DNA of 64,000 nt, taken from Candidatus Nitrospinota bacterium M3_3B_026. Its GTDB lineage: Bacteria; Nitrospinota_A; UBA7883; JBPRGF01. The stretch lies in the NCBI GenBank assembly GCA_051418015.1, contig JBPRGF010000003.1, positions 160,001 through 224,000 of the forward strand, given 5' to 3'. A model generated the notes under the pieces. That model saw only the letters and a list, made by a program, of their open reading frames with translations, was not told the origin of the DNA and did no database searches. This document shows, piece by piece, positions 21,632 to 31,336 of the stretch (the stretch's first letter is position 1; each line of letters opens with the position of its first letter). The position numbers were made by a program, and so were the translations under genes.

Positions 21632-22843
21632 CTACCTTTCCCCTTCTATGAAATATTCGGAAAGGCCGACCCCCCTGTCGAAAAAGACCGGCGAGCGCTC
21701 CAGGATCGACTCGTCGAAAGAGGCCGCGGGGGCCTCCTCCAGGGCGGGGTAGATGGCGAAGGGGACGGCGTCGGTGGTGTGGGTCTTCACCTCGAGCGGC
21801 GTGGGATGGTCCGACAGGGCCATGACCCGGAAGGGCCGCCCCATCCTCTCGAGCCCCGCCAGCACGGGCCCCACGACCTTCGCGTCGAAGTCCTCTATGG
21901 CCTGAACCTTTTTCTCGAGCGATCCGGCGTGCCCCGCCTCGTCGGGCGACTCCACGTGGACGAAGACGAAGTCCACGTTTTTGAGCGCCTCCAGGCAGGC
22001 GGCGGCCTTGCCCTCGTAGTTCGTGTCGATCCATCCCGTCGCGCCGGGGACGTCCACGATCCGCATCCCCGCGTAGACGCCGATCCCGCGCATCAGGTCC
22101 ACGGCGGTTATCATGGCGCCGGAGAGCCCCTTGCGCCCGGACAGGGTGGGCATGGCGGGGGCCTTCCCCTGGCCCCAGAGCCAGACGCTGTTGGCCGGTT
22201 TTTCGCCCCTGGCCTCGCGCCTTCTGTTCACCTCGTGGTTTTTCAGCAGAATCTGCGCCTCGCTCATCAGCCGCGTCAGAAACTCCGCCCCGTCGCCTTT
22301 TGGCATGTGGCCGCGGATGTCCTGGTCGCTGATGTCGTGGGGCGGCGTCAACCGCGCGCCGTCTCTGCCGCCGCGCCAGACCATCAGGTGGCGGTACGAG
22401 ACGCCGGGATAAAAGGAGACCGTCTCGTCCCCCAGCTCGCCTTGCAGCGCCCCGATCAGCTCCCCAGCCTCTTCCGTCCCTATGTGCCCCGCTGAAAAAT
22501 CGTCCATTATCACCCCGTCCGCCGCCGGTTTGAGGGTGACGAGGTTGAGACGGAAGGCCACGTCCTCCGGCCCCAGCTCGATCCCCATCGCCGCCGCCTC
22601 CAGGGGCGCCCGGCCGGTGTAGTACTTTTTGACGTCGTAGCCCATGATCCCCAGGTTGGTGACGTCCGAGCCGGGCTCGAACCCCTCCGGGGTGGTGCGA
22701 GCGCTCCCCGCCGTCCCCTCCCGGGCCAGCCGGTCCAGGTTTGGCGTTCGCGCCAGCATCAGGGGGGTTTTGTTGTCCTTTTCCGGTATCGGCCTGTCCG
22801 GCATCCCGTCGCCGAGCAGGATTACGTATTTTTCAGCTCTCAT
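21632..22843 (-). CDS. apgM: Cofactor-independent phosphoglycerate mutase family protein (ApgM; proposed homoserine kinase in this context)
   Basis: LGDGMPD, PGSDVTNL, GRAPLEAA, DEAGHAG, SDHPTP. Confidence 0.9.
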   Translation of the reverse strand: MRAEKYVILLGDGMPDRPIPEKDNKTPLMLARTPNLDRLAREGTAGSARTTPEGFEPGSDVTNLGIMGYDVKKYYTGRAPLEAAAMGIELGPEDVAFRLNLVTLKPAADGVIMDDFSAGHIGTEEAGELIGALQGELGDETVSFYPGVSYRHLMVWRGGRDGARLTPPHDISDQDIRGHMPKGDGAEFLTRLMSEAQILLKNHEVNRRREARGEKPANSVWLWGQGKAPAMPTLSGRKGLSGAMITAVDLMRGIGVYAGMRIVDVPGATGWIDTNYEGKAAACLEALKNVDFVFVHVESPDEAGHAGSLEKKVQAIEDFDAKVVGPVLAGLERMGRPFRVMALSDHPTPLEVKTHTTDAVPFAIYPALEEAPAASFDESILERSPVFFDRGVGLSEYFIEGER

Positions 22844-22898
22844 TCCTTATTATCACGCAATCGGCCGCCCTGGTGAAACAGCCGGGCGGCTGAGAAAC

Positions 22899-24215
22899 TC
22901 ACTCTTCGCCGTCCTCTATTCTTATGGTGACCGTCGGCGCAGAGAGGACGCCGAGGCTCTCGATCTCGCCCAGCGCCCTCTTCAGGTCCGCCTCCACCGC
23001 CGTGTGAGTCATCAGCACCACGCTGACCGGCCCGTTGTTCGCCTCGCGCCCACGCTGGATCATGGAGGCGATGGATATGTCATGCTCCCCCAGCGCGCCC
23101 GAAAGCCTGGCCAGGACGCCCGGCCGGTCGGGGACGGTGAACCGCAGGTAATACATCGACCTCACCTCGTCCATGGACCGCGCGGCCAGCTTTCTCCTGA
23201 AAGCCAGGGGCGCCTTCACGGGCGGCGTTCTGCCCGCCCCCCCGCGGACGAGCCGGCCGGCGATGTCCACCACGTCGCTGACCACCGCCGAGGCGGTGGG
23301 ACCGCCGCCGGCGCCGGGGCCGATCATCAGGTTCACCCCGGCGAAATCCCCCACCACCTCCACGGCGTTCAGCTCCCAGTTCACGTTCGCTATCGGCGCG
23401 CTCAGGGGAATCATCGTCGGGTGGACCCGCACGTCCACGGCGTCATCCCCGATCCGCCGGGCCACCGCCAGCAGCTTGACCCTGTATCCGAACTCGCGGG
23501 CCATCATGATGTCCTCGGGGGTGATGTCGGTCAGCCCCTCGGTATAGACGTCATTGAAGTCCACCGGCGTGTCGAAGGCCAGCGAGGCGAGGATGGCTAT
23601 CTTGTGCGCCGAGTCTATCCCCTCCACGTCGAATGACGGGTCCGTCTCCGCGTAGCCGAGCGCCTGGGCCTCCTCCAGGATTACGTCGTAGGGGCGCTCC
23701 TCCAGCTCCATCCTGGTCAGGATGTAGTTGGCGGTGCCGTTGACCAGACCACGGACGGACTCCAGCCTGTCCCCCGCGAAGGAGCTTCTCAGGGCGCGTA
23801 TTATCGGCACAGCCCCCGCCACCGCCGCCTCGAAGCCCAGCTCCACCCCGGACTCCTCCACGGCGGCGTAGATTTCCTCGCCGTTCATGGCCAGCAGGTG
23901 CTTGTTGGCGGTCACGACGCTCTTGCCGTTCTCCAGCGCCGTGAGGGTCAGGTCGAGCGCCGGGTTCCGCCCGCCCATGACCTCCAGGACGATATCGACA
24001 TCGGGCGAGCCGACGACCTCCCATGGGTCGTCCGTCAGCAGCTCCCGCGGCGTGTCCGCCTCGCGTTTCCTGGAGAGGTCGCGCACGGCGATCTTCGTGA
24101 TCCTCACCGGCGCGCCCACCCGGACGGCGATCTCTTCCCCGCGCCGGCTGAGCAGCGAGGCCACGCTCCTGCCGACGACGCCCAGGCCGATCATACCCAC
24201 CCTTACGGCGTCCAT
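22899..24215 (-). CDS. hom: Homoserine dehydrogenase with ACT domain
   Basis: GLGVVG, VVTANK, FEAAVAGAVPII, NGTANYIL, GPGAGGGPTASAV. Confidence 0.95.
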   Translation of the reverse strand: MDAVRVGMIGLGVVGRSVASLLSRRGEEIAVRVGAPVRITKIAVRDLSRKREADTPRELLTDDPWEVVGSPDVDIVLEVMGGRNPALDLTLTALENGKSVVTANKHLLAMNGEEIYAAVEESGVELGFEAAVAGAVPIIRALRSSFAGDRLESVRGLVNGTANYILTRMELEERPYDVILEEAQALGYAETDPSFDVEGIDSAHKIAILASLAFDTPVDFNDVYTEGLTDITPEDIMMAREFGYRVKLLAVARRIGDDAVDVRVHPTMIPLSAPIANVNWELNAVEVVGDFAGVNLMIGPGAGGGPTASAVVSDVVDIAGRLVRGGAGRTPPVKAPLAFRRKLAARSMDEVRSMYYLRFTVPDRPGVLARLSGALGEHDISIASMIQRGREANNGPVSVVLMTHTAVEADLKRALGEIESLGVLSAPTVTIRIEDGEE

Positions 24216-24219
24216 CGCC

Positions 24220-25428
24220 TCACCCCATCTTATTGCGGAGGGCGTCCCGGACTCCACGGACGGCCTGACGTATCCTGTGCTCGTTCTCCACCAGGGAAAA
24301 CCGCACGTAGCCGTCACCCCCGTCGCCGAACCCGATCCCCGGGGAGACGGCCACCCTGGCTTCCTTGAGAAGTTTTTTGGAGAACTTCATGGAGCCCATC
24401 TTCCTGAACGGCTCGGGTATCCGGGCCCAGACGAACATGGTGGCCTTAGGCCTCTCGACCTCCCAGCCGATCCTGTTCAGCCCGTCCACCAGGACATCGC
24501 GCCGCCGCCGGTAGATCTCCCTGATCTCGCCCACGCAGTCCTGCGGGCCGTTCAGGGCGATTATGCTGGCGATCTGTATCGGCTGGAAGACGCCGTAGTC
24601 CAGGTAGCCTTTTATCCTCTGCAGGGCGTAGACCATGTCGCGGTTGCCCACCAGGAAGCCAACACGCCAGCCGGGCATGGAGTAGGTCTTCGACAGCGTG
24701 GTCACCTCCACGGCCACGTCCTTGGCGCCGGGGACCTGCATGATCGAGGGCGCCTCGTAGCCGTCGAACACGAGGTCCGAGTAGGCCAGGTCGTGCACCA
24801 CCATTATGTCGTGCTCCTTGGCGAAAGCCACAACCTTCTCGAAAAAATCGAGCTCCACGCAGGCGGTGGTGGGGTTGTGGGGGAAGTTTATCATCATCAC
24901 CTTGGGCCGCGGCCAGGCGCGCTCGAAGGCGTGGGTCAGGCTCTCGAAAAAGTCCGACCCGGACGAAAGGGGGACGTTTATCACGTCGCCGTTGGCTATG
25001 ACCACGGCGTAGGTGTGTATGGGATAGGTCGGCGCCGGGACGAGAACGGAGTCCCCCGGCGCGATGATGGCCAGCATCAGGTGGCTTATCCCCTCCTTGG
25101 AGCCGATGGTGACTATGGCCTCCGTCTCGGGGTCTATGTCGACGTCGAACCTGCGCCCGTACCAGTTGGCTATGGCGTGGCGCAGCTTGGTTATCCCCCG
25201 GCTGGCGGAGTAGCGGTGATTCTTCGGCTTCTTCGCCGCCTCGACGAGCTTTTCCACTATGTGCGGCGGCGTGGGAAGGTCCGGGTTGCCCATCCCGAAG
25301 TCTATGATGTCCTCCCCGGCGCGCCTGGCTTTCACCCTCAGGTCGGTGACCTCGGCCAGCACGTACGGCGGCAGGCGCTCGATCCTCGGGAAGGTCCTCT
25401 CTTTTCCGCGTCCGGATTTGGGGCTCAT
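24220..25428 (-). CDS. alaC: Class I/II PLP aminotransferase (AlaC-like)
   Basis: [47 protein letters not shown]. Confidence 0.85.
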   Translation of the reverse strand: MSPKSGRGKERTFPRIERLPPYVLAEVTDLRVKARRAGEDIIDFGMGNPDLPTPPHIVEKLVEAAKKPKNHRYSASRGITKLRHAIANWYGRRFDVDIDPETEAIVTIGSKEGISHLMLAIIAPGDSVLVPAPTYPIHTYAVVIANGDVINVPLSSGSDFFESLTHAFERAWPRPKVMMINFPHNPTTACVELDFFEKVVAFAKEHDIMVVHDLAYSDLVFDGYEAPSIMQVPGAKDVAVEVTTLSKTYSMPGWRVGFLVGNRDMVYALQRIKGYLDYGVFQPIQIASIIALNGPQDCVGEIREIYRRRRDVLVDGLNRIGWEVERPKATMFVWARIPEPFRKMGSMKFSKKLLKEARVAVSPGIGFGDGGDGYVRFSLVENEHRIRQAVRGVRDALRNKMG

Positions 25429-25819
25429 GATATTGCGTGCGTGTCCTTGTGCTAAAAAACCTCGGAAAAAACGGGCATATCGTCCCGCATCGGCGTAAAT
25501 TTTAGATTAAATAACAATTCCGGGAAATTTGCAATCCGGCGTTTTCGCGGATGGTGGGTCAGTTTCAAATTTTCCTGAAAGGTGGAGGTCCTTCGCCAGG
25601 CGGCTCGGGACGCCGCTGCGTGGCGGTTTTTTCTCCTCCCGTTTCCGAGGTTGACTGCCGCGCCGCGCCGAAGTAAAGTCTTTTCAGAGCAGTTCATAAC
25701 CTGCCGGAGCGGCTTGCGTTGCGAAGGAGGGGGAGGCGCTCGGGAATTCCGGGACGCCGTTTCGTCCCGCGAGCAACCCGCCGGGTTCACCGGTCCGCCG
25801 CCGCGGGGGAGGGAAGCGG

Positions 25820-26485
25820 ATGGATATCCTGAAAATCATTAAAGCGCGCGCGTCTACCCGCGCCTTCCTTGAAAAGGCCGTGGACGCGAAAACGATCGAA
25901 TCCATCCTCGAGGCGGCCAGGTGGGCGCCGTCCTGGGTCAACATCCAGCCGTGGCGGGTCGTTGTGGTCACCGGCGATACGAAGGACAAGATAGGCGAGG
26001 CGTATTACAGAGCCCGCCTTTCGGGAGCGCGGCCGAGGCCGGATTTTCCTTTCCGGCCAGAGCAATGGGGCGAGCCTTACAAGTCAAGACGGAGGGCCTG
26101 CCGGGCCGCCCTTTTCACCGCCCTTGGCATAAGGCTCAAAGACAGGGAGGGACGCCTGAGGGCCTGCATGGGCGGCTACCGTTTTTTCGGCGCGCCTGCC
26201 GGCCTGATGCTTTTCATGGACAGGGGGTTTGGCGCAAGCTCTCTGCTGGATATCGGCATGTTCGCCCAGAACATCGCCCTGGCGGCGCAGGGCTACGGCC
26301 TTGGCGCCTGCGCTATCGCGGCCGTGGCGGAGTATCCCGGCATCGCCCGCTCGATATTGAAAATACCGGAGTCCGAGGGGCTGGCGCTGGGCATGGCCCT
26401 GGGATACGCCGACACCGGAGCCCCCATAAACGCCGTCAGGCCGGGGCGGGCGGACGTCGCGTCTTTCACCACGTGGTATGACTGA
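25820..26485 (+). CDS. Nitroreductase family protein
   Basis: RASTRAF, APSWVNIQPW, FFGAP, DIGMFAQNIALAA-GLG. Confidence 0.9.
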   Translation: MDILKIIKARASTRAFLEKAVDAKTIESILEAARWAPSWVNIQPWRVVVVTGDTKDKIGEAYYRARLSGARPRPDFPFRPEQWGEPYKSRRRACRAALFTALGIRLKDREGRLRACMGGYRFFGAPAGLMLFMDRGFGASSLLDIGMFAQNIALAAQGYGLGACAIAAVAEYPGIARSILKIPESEGLALGMALGYADTGAPINAVRPGRADVASFTTWYD

Positions 26486-28295
26486 AAAACCGGCCAGCGG
26501 CTCATCGTCTTCGCGCCTGGCTGTCTTGATTATCTTCGCGGCGGCGCTTGTCTTGCGTCTTTTGCATTTGGCCGCGAGCGCGGACAACCCCCTGCTTTAC
26601 AGCCCCGCCCTGGACGAGGCCTACTACATTGCCCTGGGCAGGTCCATCGCCTCCGGGCGCCTGTTGGGCGAGCAGGGGCTTTTTTTCATGGACCCGCTCT
26701 ACGGCTACGTCCTGGGCGGGCTTTTTCATGTCTTCGGCGACAACCTCACCACCGTCCGACTGCTCCAGGTTGTGCTCGACTCGATCAACGCCGTGCTGGT
26801 CTGCGCCCTGGCCTCGCGGGTGTGGGACCGGCGGGCGGGCCTTTTCGCGGGTTTTTTTTACGCCGCCTACAAGACCTCCTTTTTCTACACCCTGCTCGTT
26901 CTGAAGACCACGCTGGCGATCACGGCGCTTCTCGTCTTCACCATAGCCATAATGGGCGCGGGCAGAAAAGGCGGCGCGGTCCGATGGCTCGGCCTGGGGG
27001 CGCTGGTTGGTTTTTCGACGCTTCTGCGCGGAAATTTTTTGCTGCTTGCCCCGCTAGGGATATTGATGTACCTGGTAATCGAAAAGCCCGGCGCGCGCGA
27101 ATTTTTTAAAAACACCGGGTCTTTCGCGCTGGCGATCTTTCTGGTCCTCTCCGCAATGGCCGCGCGCAACTACGCCGCCGCGGGCGATCTCGTTTTCCTC
27201 AACACGCAGTCCGGCAGGCTTCTTTACGCCTCCAACAACCCGGAGAACCTGACCGGCAGGTACAACGTCCCCTCCTTCTCCCGGCCGAACCCCGAAGACT
27301 CCGAGCGCGACTTCCACGCCGAGGCCGAGCGCAGGCTCGGCAGAAGTCTCTCTCCCGGCGAGGTGTCGAGCTACTGGCGGGGCGAGGCGCTCTCTTTTCT
27401 CATCAAAAATCCCGGCGCGGCGGCGAGGCTGGTCTTCAACAAGATGAAGGGGACGCTGGGCGATTACGAGATACCCAACAACCATTCCTTTTACCTGGCC
27501 GCGCGTTTCTCGGAGGTTTTAAGGTTTCCCCTGCCCGGTTTCGCCTTCGCGCTGGCCCTCGGCGCGCCGGGCCTTTTCCTGGCGATGCGCGGCCGGCGGG
27601 AGGCGTTGTGGCTGCTCGCGCCGATCGGAGCGACGCTGATTACAATCCTCGTCTTCTACACCTCGTCGCGGTTCCGGGCGCCGCTGGCTCCTTTTTTACT
27701 GGCCGGCGCCGGGGTGAGCGCTTCGGCGCTGATCGGGCTTGCGAGGCGGAAAAAAGCGGCCCGCGCCGCCGGCTTCATAGTCGTCCCGGCGGTTTGCCTG
27801 TTCCTGCTGTCTTTATCCATCCCCGCGCCGCCGGGGTCCGGCAACGAGGAATTTTTACTGGCGAAGGCTTACTGGCGCCAGGGCAGGCCGGGCGACACCT
27901 GGGATATCGCACGGGAGGCCGCCGAAAAATATCCCGCCCAGGCAAGATTCCACACCCTCATGGGGATGGCGGCGCTTTCGGCCGGGAAGCTTGATGAAGC
28001 GGAGGGGGCCTTCTCGACGGCGGCGCGGATGGAGCCGGGCGGCGCGGACGCCTATCACAACATGGGACTTGTCCACCTGTCCGCCGGGCGCCCTCAAAAA
28101 GCCCTGGAGGCCCTGCGAAAAGCGGTGGAGATCGACCCTCGCCCGGAAAGCTTTTTCGTCATGGGCAGGGCGGCCGAAAGCATGGGGAATAAAGAGGGCG
28201 CCGCGGTCTATTACGAGCGGGCCCTGGAGACGCTGAAACCGGGCGACCCCCTGCGGGACCGCGTGTCGGAGAGGCTGGCCGGGCTGAGGGACTGA
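26478..28295 (+). CDS. ArnT/PMT-like GT-C membrane glycosyltransferase with C-terminal TPRs
   Basis: First loop LDEAYY, MDPLYGY, multiple TM segments, SRFRAP, TPR motifs (AYHNMGLV). Confidence 0.8.
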   Translation: MTEKPASGSSSSRLAVLIIFAAALVLRLLHLAASADNPLLYSPALDEAYYIALGRSIASGRLLGEQGLFFMDPLYGYVLGGLFHVFGDNLTTVRLLQVVLDSINAVLVCALASRVWDRRAGLFAGFFYAAYKTSFFYTLLVLKTTLAITALLVFTIAIMGAGRKGGAVRWLGLGALVGFSTLLRGNFLLLAPLGILMYLVIEKPGAREFFKNTGSFALAIFLVLSAMAARNYAAAGDLVFLNTQSGRLLYASNNPENLTGRYNVPSFSRPNPEDSERDFHAEAERRLGRSLSPGEVSSYWRGEALSFLIKNPGAAARLVFNKMKGTLGDYEIPNNHSFYLAARFSEVLRFPLPGFAFALALGAPGLFLAMRGRREALWLLAPIGATLITILVFYTSSRFRAPLAPFLLAGAGVSASALIGLARRKKAARAAGFIVVPAVCLFLLSLSIPAPPGSGNEEFLLAKAYWRQGRPGDTWDIAREAAEKYPAQARFHTLMGMAALSAGKLDEAEGAFSTAARMEPGGADAYHNMGLVHLSAGRPQKALEALRKAVEIDPRPESFFVMGRAAESMGNKEGAAVYYERALETLKPGDPLRDRVSERLAGLRD

Positions 28296-28328
28296 GACTT
28301 TTCATCCAGGACAACGATAGCGGGCCAG

Positions 28329-30644
28329 TCATTTATAGTCTATAAGCGTGAACCCGGTCCACCACATATCGCCCGCCTTCCCGCCGAGGGTCACCAGCGC
28401 GTGGTTGCCGAGAGTTTTCGTGGTGTGATCGACGCCCTTTATTTTCAACCGTTCCAAAAGCTCCGGCGCGTCCGCCTCCGCCGCCAGCGCGGCCACGCCG
28501 GGGCCGGTCTCGATTTTTGAGCTTGCGTCGGCCAATTTCTTCTCACCGTGGAGTGATGGAGCCACGAGCTGAAAATCCCTTCCCTTCATGTCGTAAAGCC
28601 AGGCTGTATACCACCTGTCCGCGGCGAGCGTCTTAAAACCCTGCGCCGCTCTAAAAAGCTCCTCCGGGGAGGGGCGGGGCTCGTCTTCCAGAAGGACACC
28701 TTCCCTCCAGCCCGGTTTCGTCCCGTCCAGCTCGTATATGAAAAGCTCGTGGATGTCATACTCCCGGTCCGCCGAATGCTCTATCTCGAACCGTATGAGC
28801 CTCGCCTCGACGGGCGGAAAGTTCCATTCCTGGAAATCTCTTTCAAACTCGGCTATCTGGCGGAAGAAGACCTTCGGCCCCTGGGGGACGAAAAAGGAGA
28901 CCGGCGAGGGGGGGTGGATGCGCCTCCAGTCCCGCCCGTCCGTGGAGACGGAAAGACCGGCGCGGTCGGGCCATCGGCGGCCGTAGACGGCGCGTATCCT
29001 GGTTATCATGCGCGGCCTGTCAAGCTCCACGGTGAAGGAGCCGTTGGAGTGATGTGTTGTGAAGAATTTCCTGTCGCCAAGGGGGACAAGCTCCGGCGGC
29101 AGCCTCCACTCCTCCGGCGGGACGGACACAGCGGGCCAGCGCCGCGCCGATATGTTCCGAACGGCGTTCGCGCCGTTGATCGACACCTTCTCGTAACCCT
29201 CCCGGCAGCAGGCCGAAAACCCCTCAAAAAGCTCCCCGGCGGACAGGGGGGCATGAACCGCCGCGGCGGGGTCTTTCTCCACCCGGTTGTTCTTCCAGTA
29301 GGAGCGGGCCCCGCCCCAGGGGATGGCCAGCAGAGGCGCGCCCTGGACCTTCGCCTCGTAGGTCAGCCTGTAGGCGCCGTTGTAGTCGTCTTTCCATACG
29401 AGGTTTTCTATTCCCTGGCGGGCCGCGTCCTTTACGGCGGCGGAGTAGAAATTTTTCAGCGCGGCTTCCCCCTTCCAGATCGATCGGAAGCCAAGGTCTG
29501 AGCCCCAGGCCGCCGGCGCCACGATCACACCGAGGAGGAGCGCCGCGGCGGCGCGGGAGCGGGAGTATATCCACGAAAAGACCAGGGCGGCGGCGGCGTA
29601 GAGGGATACGGCGATGGGGAGGAGCCAGCGCGTCTGCTGATCTAATGAACGATCGTTCAAAAGATAGAGGGTCAAAAATATCGCCGTGAAGACAAGCAAC
29701 GGGAGCCGGGCGCGGCTTTTTTCCCGTCCTGGGCCGGCAAGCGCCCGGAAGATGACGGCGGCCAGGGCCAGGATAAGCAGCCCGAAGGATATCCACGACA
29801 GGGCAACGAGCGCCGCTGGCGGGGAAAGACCCGCGGCGGGGATGAAGATATCTTTAGCGGTGTGATACAGGGCCGTGAACCGCTCGCCGATATGATCCAG
29901 GCCCGGATGGCCGGTGGCGGTGTCGGCCATGGTTTTTGAGAACATGAAGGCCGCGGGGGCCGCGCCGATCGCGAACCCGGCGAGGGCGGACGCCGTCCTG
30001 CCGTTGAACGCGAAACGCTCCGCCAGAAGGATAAAAATCGCCGCCGTGGCGATAGCCGGGACGGAAAGGAGAGTGGTCCACAACAGAATCCCCGCCAGAA
30101 TGCCGATAGCGAAATGCGACCCCGCGCCGTATCCCGCTCCGGTGCGACGGCGGGCGGCGAACCAGACCAGCGCCGCCGACCCGGCGACGGCCTCCGGGTA
30201 GCACCCCCTGGGGGTTGTGGTGTAAAAGGTTATGGTAAAAGGCGTTATGGCCCACATCAGCGCGCAGGCGAGGCCCGCCGCCCTGCCGCCGAGGACGGAG
30301 CCCAGAAGGTGGAAGGCGAACACGCCGAGGGTTGAGACCAGGACCGGCGCGAAGGGGATCATGCCCCAGCCGGAGTCGAAAAAAAGATACAAAGGCGCCG
30401 TGATCCACGCCTCGATGGCGCCCATGTAATGCTGCCCGTAATAGCTTATGGGGAAGGCGCGTCCCTCGGCGATGTCGGACGCCATGAGGGCGATAACGAT
30501 GGCGTCGCCTTTGGGCAGCCTCATCCCGGCGTAATGGACCCTGACGAGAAGGGCCGCGAGGACAACCGCGAAAAGAGCCGCGGACGCTGGCTGGAGCCCC
30601 GTTGAAAAATTCAGGCGTAAAAGACGCGGCGCGGTCATTCTCAC
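28329..30644 (-). CDS. ArnT/PMT-like GT-C glycosyltransferase with C-terminal discoidin/F5-8-like domain
   Basis: ALMASDIAEG..YYGQHYMGAIEAW, multiple TM segments; C-terminal FTVELDRP..ITRI, SVSTDGRDW, PPVEARLIRF. Confidence 0.75.
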   Translation of the reverse strand: MRMTAPRLLRLNFSTGLQPASAALFAVVLAALLVRVHYAGMRLPKGDAIVIALMASDIAEGRAFPISYYGQHYMGAIEAWITAPLYLFFDSGWGMIPFAPVLVSTLGVFAFHLLGSVLGGRAAGLACALMWAITPFTITFYTTTPRGCYPEAVAGSAALVWFAARRRTGAGYGAGSHFAIGILAGILLWTTLLSVPAIATAAIFILLAERFAFNGRTASALAGFAIGAAPAAFMFSKTMADTATGHPGLDHIGERFTALYHTAKDIFIPAAGLSPPAALVALSWISFGLLILALAAVIFRALAGPGREKSRARLPLLVFTAIFLTLYLLNDRSLDQQTRWLLPIAVSLYAAAALVFSWIYSRSRAAAALLLGVIVAPAAWGSDLGFRSIWKGEAALKNFYSAAVKDAARQGIENLVWKDDYNGAYRLTYEAKVQGAPLLAIPWGGARSYWKNNRVEKDPAAAVHAPLSAGELFEGFSACCREGYEKVSINGANAVRNISARRWPAVSVPPEEWRLPPELVPLGDRKFFTTHHSNGSFTVELDRPRMITRIRAVYGRRWPDRAGLSVSTDGRDWRRIHPPSPVSFFVPQGPKVFFRQIAEFERDFQEWNFPPVEARLIRFEIEHSADREYDIHELFIYELDGTKPGWREGVLLEDEPRPSPEELFRAAQGFKTLAADRWYTAWLYDMKGRDFQLVAPSLHGEKKLADASSKIETGPGVAALAAEADAPELLERLKIKGVDHTTKTLGNHALVTLGGKAGDMWWTGFTLIDYK

Positions 30645-30717
30645 GCCGGGTATTTTACAACCTTGCGGGCGCCGGCGGCCAGCGGGATAGATGACAACGG
30701 CGCGGTTGACCCGTCAC

Positions 30718-30807
30718 GAGACTCTTCGCTTCGCATGACAGCGTAAAAGACGGTGTCATCCTGAGCCCCTTCGGTTTCGCCTCAGGGCAGGCTCCGGCGA
30801 AGGATCC
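30718..30807. repeat. REP-like palindromic element (composite copy)
   Basis: GAGACTCTTCGCTTCGCATGACA then TGTCATCCTGAGC-[insert]-GCGAAGGATCCC; same family as the copies at 43416, 48539 and 52131. Confidence 0.75.
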
Positions 30808-30861
30808 CGATGTCTGCGCGGCGCGGCGCCGCAGGATAGTGAGTTGTTTTAAGGGGGGGAC

Positions 30862-30936
30862 AAAAAAACGCGGGAAAGAGGCCGCCGGAGCCTCTTGATC
30901 GGGGGGGAACCGGAAGGGGGCTCCGGCGGCGGCTCT
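30862..30936 (-). terminator. GC-rich hairpin with C-rich loop and downstream U-tract, closing the small-ORF transcript
   Basis: 12-bp perfect stem GCCGCCGGAGCC (30881-30892 with 30919-30930); minus-strand T7 at 30868-30862, offset from the stem by about 10 nt. Confidence 0.55.
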
Positions 30937-30970
30937 ATCCTGCGATTGTTCGCTATTTCCGGGCGAACGG

Positions 30971-31060
30971 TCAGTGAGGGAGCGTCTGCGACGCGGTGAA
31001 AAGATAGGCGAAAGCCGTTATCATCAGCGCCGTCATCATGTCCTTTACCGGGATTATCAT
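30971..31060 (-). CDS. Small hydrophobic protein, 29 aa (MIIPVKDMMTALMITAFAYLFTASQTLPH)
   Basis: Manual translation; AAGGAG SD 8 nt before ATG; one hydrophobic helix; below the ORF-track cutoff. Confidence 0.6.
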   Translation of the reverse strand: MIIPVKDMMTALMITAFAYLFTASQTLPH

Positions 31061-31110
31061 CGCTTCCACTCCTTCTTAATGAAAACCGTCCGCGCCCTCC
31101 GCCGGGTTAT

Positions 31111-31227
31111 TCAGCCGGCCAGGGCGATGGTGAAGATCAGCATGTAGGCGACCGACAACGTGCCCATCACACCGACCATGCCCAGAATAAAAGCGCTCTC
31201 TTCCAGATTCTTTATCGTGTCAACCAT
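31111..31227 (-). CDS. Small single-pass membrane protein, 38 aa (MVDTIKNLEESAFILGMVGVMGTLSVAYMLIFTIALAG)
   Basis: Manual translation; AAGGAGG SD 8 nt before ATG; 27 uncharged C-terminal residues; downstream of a sigma-54 site. Confidence 0.72.
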   Translation of the reverse strand: MVDTIKNLEESAFILGMVGVMGTLSVAYMLIFTIALAG

Positions 31228-31320
31228 CTTTCAATCCTCCTTTTTCAATTGCCAGCATCCTCGCCGATGCCTGTTTACCGTTTTCCGCGGCCCCGTTGGC
31301 CGCCTTCGCCCTATACATAT

Positions 31321-31336
31321 AGCAACCCCCGTGCCA
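31321..31336 (-). promoter_or_regulatory. Sigma-54 (RpoN) -24/-12 promoter
   Basis: Minus strand TGGCACGGGGGTTGCT matches the TGGCACRnnnnTTGCW consensus exactly; AT-rich flanks. Confidence 0.8.

Noticed and set aside
25688..25705. GCAGTTCATAACCTGC resembling a CAT anticodon arm
   Set aside because: No D-arm, T-arm or acceptor stem around it; not a tRNA.
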